DNA from: Selaginella moellendorffii
Taxonomy: Eukaryota; Plantae; Lycopodiophyta
NCBI RefSeq assembly: GCF_000143415.4
Contig: NW_003314456.1
Location: forward strand, 62,164-79,886
Direction: 5' to 3'
DNA: 17,723 bases
In this document: positions 12,657 to 17,723 of the stretch, piece by piece
How positions within the stretch are numbered: the first letter of the stretch is position 1
Layout: each line of letters opens with the position of its first letter
Notes under the pieces: model-generated
What the model was told of the DNA's origin: nothing
Database searches by the model: none
The model's input: only the letters and a program-made list of their open reading frames with translations
Made by a program: the position numbers and the translations under genes

Positions 12657-13278
12657 GGTTTGCCTAGTCTTGGGGAGCCAAGACTGTGATGCAAGTGGTA
12701 TTGGACTACCAGTGTGGCAAAGGTGATTGGGCATGGCCTTAGCGTAACGGTCTGCTATGTCGGTGGTACCTTTGAGTGTCGGTCATGGGATCGGACACAT
12801 GGAGCACTTGGACCAAGTGCAAATGTTGAGTGGCATGGATGCCATTCTCGGGGCTAGCAAGTCCCAAGTCCTGGATTGGACTTATGGAGGTTGTGAATGA
12901 GACTCCTCCAAGTGGTCGGAGGTGTGGTTAAGTGACTAAAGTAGAATGGAAAATTTAGTCGCTTACAACATGGCCCAGTCTTGGAGACACGAGGTGGTGA
13001 TGCAAGTGGTGTTGGACCACTAGTGCAGCAAAGGTGAATGGGCCTGGCCTTAGCGTAACGGGCCGAGATGTCAGTGGTACCTTCGGGTGTCGGTCTTGGG
13101 ACCGGACACGTGGAGCACTTGGACCAGGTGCAAGTGTTGAGTGGCAGGGATGCCATTCTTGGGGCTAGCAAGTCCCAAGTCCTGAATTGGACTGATGGAG
13201 GTTGTGAATAAGACTCCTCCAAGTGGTCGAAGGTGTGGTTAAGTGACTAAAGTAGAATGGAAAATTTAGTCGCTTACA
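12657..13278 (+). repeat. 311-bp tandem duplication of the LTR 3' end
   Basis: AAATTTAGTCGCTTACA ends at both 12967 and 13278, and the preceding sequences are collinear. Confidence 0.9.
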
Positions 13279-13281
13279 ACT

Positions 13282-13293
13282 TGGTATCGGAGC
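13282..13293 (+). other. Primer binding site for initiator tRNA-Met
   Basis: TGGTATCGGAGC versus canonical TGGTATCAGAGC, 3 nt after the LTR terminal CA. Confidence 0.88.
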
Positions 13294-15763
13294 TATTCCT
13301 TAGTCCGACTTTTATTGGTGCTCAAGTATATCACCACTAGTGTTGGCATCGGAAGGTCCGAGGAGTGGGCCTATCCTTGAGGAGTAGCAAGTCGGGAAGA
13401 CATGGCTCTCCATTACAGTTCATGTGTGAACTTGTAGACGAGGTGGTGGATAGAAAAGGGCCAATAATGGAACGACTTTGGGATCTTGGGAATAGTGCAA
13501 GGTTTTCCTCATTGAGTTGAGGATGTGATCCGGATGAGCATTTGTCTCAGCAAATTGGCTAAGGTTGTTGTGGTAAACAACTAAAGTTGGGATCACGGGA
13601 AAGACAGAGACTCCAAAACAATAAAGGAGTCACAAGATTATCCTCATATAGTTGAGGTTGGTGCTCATGAATGTGAGACCAAAGGTAATGACCGTGGAAG
13701 GTCAAATACGGAAGAGGACTCAAGTCCTTGAAATGGTAGTCGGGGCTACCTTTAATAAATGCTGGAACAACCCAAGGGGTTGGGGGGTGTACTTAGAGAT
13801 GAGTGGTATTCTCATCGCATGGACAAGTAGTCCTAAGGAGCAAAAGTTGCCCCCAGAGAACAAAATCAAGTGTCGGAGTAACACTTGTGAAAATAGTCCT
13901 TTTGTGTAGGACAGGAATGCAAGAAGTGTATTCCAGTGAGCTAGTGCCTCACAAGTAAGACCTTACGGGTCTGTGGATTAACCAAGTCCAAAACTGCTGG
14001 ATGACTCAAGTAGAGTTAAGGGATGGTCCTAAAAGGACTGATGGAAGCATTTGGACTGAGGTGTGTTGTACCCCACAAAGGATGGGGGGGGATCATAGGA
14101 TCCAAGGATGAGAACAGAGGGTATCTCATCGATGGCAAAATGTGCCATGCTAAAGTTATGGGAAAGGTGTTCCTAGAAGAAAACAACTTTGACATAAAGT
14201 TGTGTGTGACCTCTATGGGGCAGTGCTAACAGATGGTTGGCATGAGAAAGAGCGGTGTTGGTCTTGGCAAAAACTTAGACACGAAAGGGAAATGTCATAG
14301 AGGTAGGCTCGTGGAGCCGATGGTGTGGAGACACCAAATGTGCCAAGGTGTGATACCTTGAGGCTATGTTGGTGGGTTCATGAGAACCCCTTGCCAAAGG
14401 AATCCCAATGGAAATGGGAATGGCATAGCCTAAGCTGCAGAGCATGCAGTTGGAGTGTGGTGACCCAGATAATGATGGAGGTGTGAAAGCACCAAGCAAT
14501 GAGTTGTAGGACTTGACAACTATGAGGCAACTAAGCAAGAGGTGCAAAATAACTGGTTAAACGGGTAGAAGGTAGCTACCCAAGACTTCTTAATAGCATA
14601 AAGAAGTTGGATATACCCTTACGGGGGATAAGTTGCTTGTGTTGCGATATAGTAAGTCAATGTCATAAAAGGAAATACTCATTGTCAAGAAAGCCATCAT
14701 TGGGACACCCGGACACTCTAGAACACCAGAAGGTGGTGTTTGATGTCGCGAGGGCAATGGATAAAGCCCAAGGGATTAAGTCCCTAGCGAATGATGGACA
14801 GAAGGTGCTATCCAAATGTCCAAGGTTGCGGAGACAGGAGAGGACTGTCTACCCGAGTTGGACAAAGCCAAAAATGGAATTTTGGCAAGGCTAGTGATGG
14901 GCATGTAAAGGCCCATAAGCAACAATGTGATCCCAGTGTGTGGGATTATAAGGTGAGCATACCCGGATTGAGGAACCACTCCCTAGGCTATTGGGTAGGT
15001 TCATCCCTAAGAATACTTGCTAAAGCGTGATAGAAAGTGCAAAGCTATCCTCCTGGTCTGGAGGAGAATGACCAAACGAAAGGTGTGAAGCCAAAAAGCA
15101 AGAAGTAAGGGGATAGAACCAAACCATAGGAATCAAAGGGCATAACCAAGGTTGGTTATGCCAGTTGGGAGTGGAGAATCAAGTGGGGGCTCGAGGGTGT
15201 TGCCGCTAGCAACCGTGATGCCATGGAGAGTCTAAAATATAGAATTGTCCATGTTAGACTATGTGGCATTTTGAAGGCTTGCAAAAAGGGAGGCCTTAGC
15301 AAGCTGAGGGACAGAGTTCCTTCAAGGTTCCCAAAGACGATTCTAGGTAGCTTAGTACCTAGAAAGGCCAAGTGTAAATGGTTCATGGAACGCGCGAAAT
15401 CAGAGTGGCGCAGCAGAAGCGTGGTCTTGAAGCTTGCCATGAGGCAAGGCTATCAAGGTTAGGGAAGTAGTTCCCGAGTGTTCAAAGAGAGGGCTTTGAA
15501 CGAAAGTCGATGGTCAAGGACTTTCACGCTTATGCAGGAACCATGTTACAGTGGTCGAAGGACTTGCCAAGCGAAATTGGCATGTCGAGGGAACAAATAC
15601 CCTAGTTGAAGGTGATAACTTCAAAAAGGGTGGGCCAGGGGGCCGAGCATGGAGGGGTCCATGCATGATCACAGACATGTCAAGTGAGAGGACTTGGCAG
15701 TGTGGAGGAACTAGGTTCCTAAGCTGTGATCTGTAGCGCGCTTTAAAAATAAGTTGGTGCACC

Positions 15764-16298
15764 GGCGTGGGGAGTCACGCCAGGCATCTTGTGTGATGCC
15801 GTCCGTAGATGCATATACGAAGGTTGGGTTCGAGTCCCGACCCTCTAGTGCTTGGGTTCGAGTCCCAAATCACTAGGGCGTGGTGATGGTTTGGAATATG
15901 AGGACACTCATATTTCGGTGGTCATGGACTCTCAGTGGGGAGACTGGTTTGGGCACACCGCCAAGCGAGGGATGCCTCGGAGTCATGATGCACGGTTAGA
16001 TTGCTTAGTGTGAAAGCTCAGCATATCTAACTTGAACGCTTTGGTGCAAGTGGCACCAAGGTCGTGGTGAGTGAGATGGGGACACCTAATCTCAGTTGCT
16101 ATGAACCCTTGGCCGTAAGGGCTGGCTTGGGTGCACCGCCAAGTGTGGGGGATGCCCCCGGGGTTATAGTCAACAACTTGGAGGTCTAGAAGACCAAGTA
16201 CCTCTTGGCAACTTTGTTAAGGTGCCAAGGTGAGATCACTAGGTGATCTTATGGCCAGATAAGGACGAGGTCCTTGGTTGGCTAAGGAATGAAGTTCC
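15764..16298 (+). ncRNA. Candidate structured RNA domain in the retroelement interior
   Basis: More than a dozen adjacent hairpins and a duplicated multibranch module with covarying stems. Confidence 0.5.
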
Positions 16299-17329
16299 TG
16301 GTTCAAAATGTTGAAATTGAACTGTTTAAGATGGTGTGGCTTGGTCGCAATGACCAAGTGGGAAGAGCACCTAAGGGAAATAAACTATGTCCGTCCGATG
16401 GCATAGTGAGTCCGAGGAAAGTAGTCTCTATAAAAGACCCATGGGAGGGTCACGAAGTTGGGCCGTGGATAGGGCCCATAGCAGAATATGCTAAAGAGAC
16501 ATACTAGGGGTGAACATCCTCCGGACTTGGCAAAGAAGAGTCTTTGCTATGGAACCGAAAGGATACCTCAAAAATGGAGGTAGCGATCCGATGTTGCTGG
16601 GTGCAACAATCAAGGATAGGAGCTAAGGACTAGTGGCCAAAGTTTGGGCCATGGAATTTAATGGAAGGGATCCAAATGGCAAAGTTAGCCAAGGAACACT
16701 AATGTGTTCGATGCTAACAGCTTGTGGAAAAGGAAGCGGACTTTCAAGGACGGATTCCTAAGTGCTCCAATTTGGCGAAGTAAAGGCTCCAAGTGAGGGA
16801 GCGGTAAGGTAGCCAAATGATAGGGCCATGGACAGCCCTAGCACAAAGTATGATAAATGGAACTTAGTGCCCAAGGTGGCACGAAATAGAAGAGAGGATG
16901 ATGGTGCCCTAAAGTAATGAACTTCCTAGGATAGGGAAGTGGAGTTGCACAATCTGTGCAATGCAAGGTGTTGGAGACACCTAGGAAATTGACTCCCAAA
17001 AAGTCAAAAGAGTAAAAGTTCCAAGGTGCAAACATTCAATAGATGGAAATTGAGACTACTCGAGAAGGAGTAGTGGGATTGACTTAGAGAAGGGTCTCTA
17101 AGAGGTTTAGCGAGAACTAAACCAATAAAAGGATGAACCATTACATGTGGTCCAATCAGTCTCTAAGTTGGAGAGACTACGCTCCTTAAAGGATGGACAA
17201 GGCATGGTGAGCCTTTGATGTCAAACCATAGACAAAGATTGGCTAGGTGCCAAAGATGGAAATGGTAACACATGTGGCTGTTACTTTATGAAAGGGTTTA
17301 CCGTTCGATGAGGACATCGAACTTTGTCT

Positions 17330-17343
17330 ATGGGTGGTGGAGT
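17330..17343 (+). other. Polypurine tract (imperfect)
   Basis: ATGGGTGGTGGAGT immediately before the TG of the 3' LTR. Confidence 0.75.
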
Positions 17344-17723
17344 TGTGAGACACAAAATCCCTAGGCCCCAAAGTGGAGCCGGAAGGGCGCCACATGGTAG
17401 TGGCCGAAGCGAGAGCCAAACGAGCGTAACACGTTTGGACCAAAAGCTCCGACTTGAAAAGTCAAGAGCGGGAGTGGAACTCCCAACGAAGTGCTCGAGG
17501 AACGAGCACGAAGCGAGCAAAAGGCAAGGCTCCAAAAAGGGACCCAAAAGGACCAACACATGACACGTGGGAGTGTCCGAGATGGAGTCCGAGATGGACC
17601 CGAGATGGAGTCCGAGATGGAGTCCGAGATGGAGTCCGAGGTGGACCCGAGATGGACCCGAAATGGAGTCCGAGATGGAGTCCGAGATGGAGTCCGAGGT
17701 GGACCCGAGATGACCCGAAATGA
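17344..17723 (+). repeat. 3' LTR (partial, cut by window end)
   Basis: Identical to 9713-10030 over 318 bp, then continues in the minisatellite. Confidence 0.93.

Larger units (their letters stand above)
11158..13278 (+). repeat. 5' LTR module B (TG...CA) with duplicated 3' end
   Basis: TGTGAGAC...GTCGCTTACA imperfect terminal inverted repeat, followed directly by the PBS. Confidence 0.9.
9713..17723 (+). mobile_element. Non-autonomous LTR retrotransposon (LARD-like, probably Ty3/gypsy-derived), runs off window end
   Basis: TGTGAGAC start at 9713/11158, LTR end GTCGCTTACA at 13278, PBS at 13282, PPT at 17330, 3' LTR start at 17344. No internal ORF over 95 aa. Confidence 0.88.

Noticed and set aside
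15755-15880. tRNA gene
   Set aside because: Only T-arm hairpins are present, with no consistent D-arm, anticodon arm or acceptor stem.
14028-17320. Possible pol remnants (PKRTDGSIW ~14028, WRGPC ~15650, DGIVSPRKVVSIKDPW ~16400, GLPFDEDIE ~17295)
   Set aside because: Very weak, with order and spacing inconsistent with a gypsy pol and no YxDD or DDE context seen. A frameshift-aware profile search would be needed.

Overview
Eukaryotic, non-seed land plant DNA. Selaginella-like is an inference from the GAATTGCAGAATTCC 5.8S motif, the TCCTCCGCTTAGTGATATGC ITS4 site and the ~170 nt ITS2. The left half is one 45S rDNA unit on the minus strand: 26S with a 188-N gap, ITS2, 5.8S, ITS1, 18S, a ~2 kb 5'ETS with subrepeats, and a putative Pol I start TATAGTAGGG at ~8698. 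Next come a short TTTAGGG tract and an 84-bp G-box satellite. The satellite is interrupted at 9713 by a young but non-coding LTR retroelement (compound 5' LTR, tRNA-Met PBS, ~4 kb ORF-less internal region, PPT, start of 3' LTR). No credible protein-coding gene is present. Three observations stand out. (1) ITS1 contains a 5S rRNA-like domain whose helix IV/loop E/helix V fold is kept by compensatory changes. (2) The LTR carries an ungapped 57/69 copy of the putative rDNA Pol I core promoter. (3) The retroelement interior has a densely structured RNA-like region with a duplicated, covarying four-way junction and two tRNA T-arm mimics. All comparisons with reference sequences are from memory and need recomputation.
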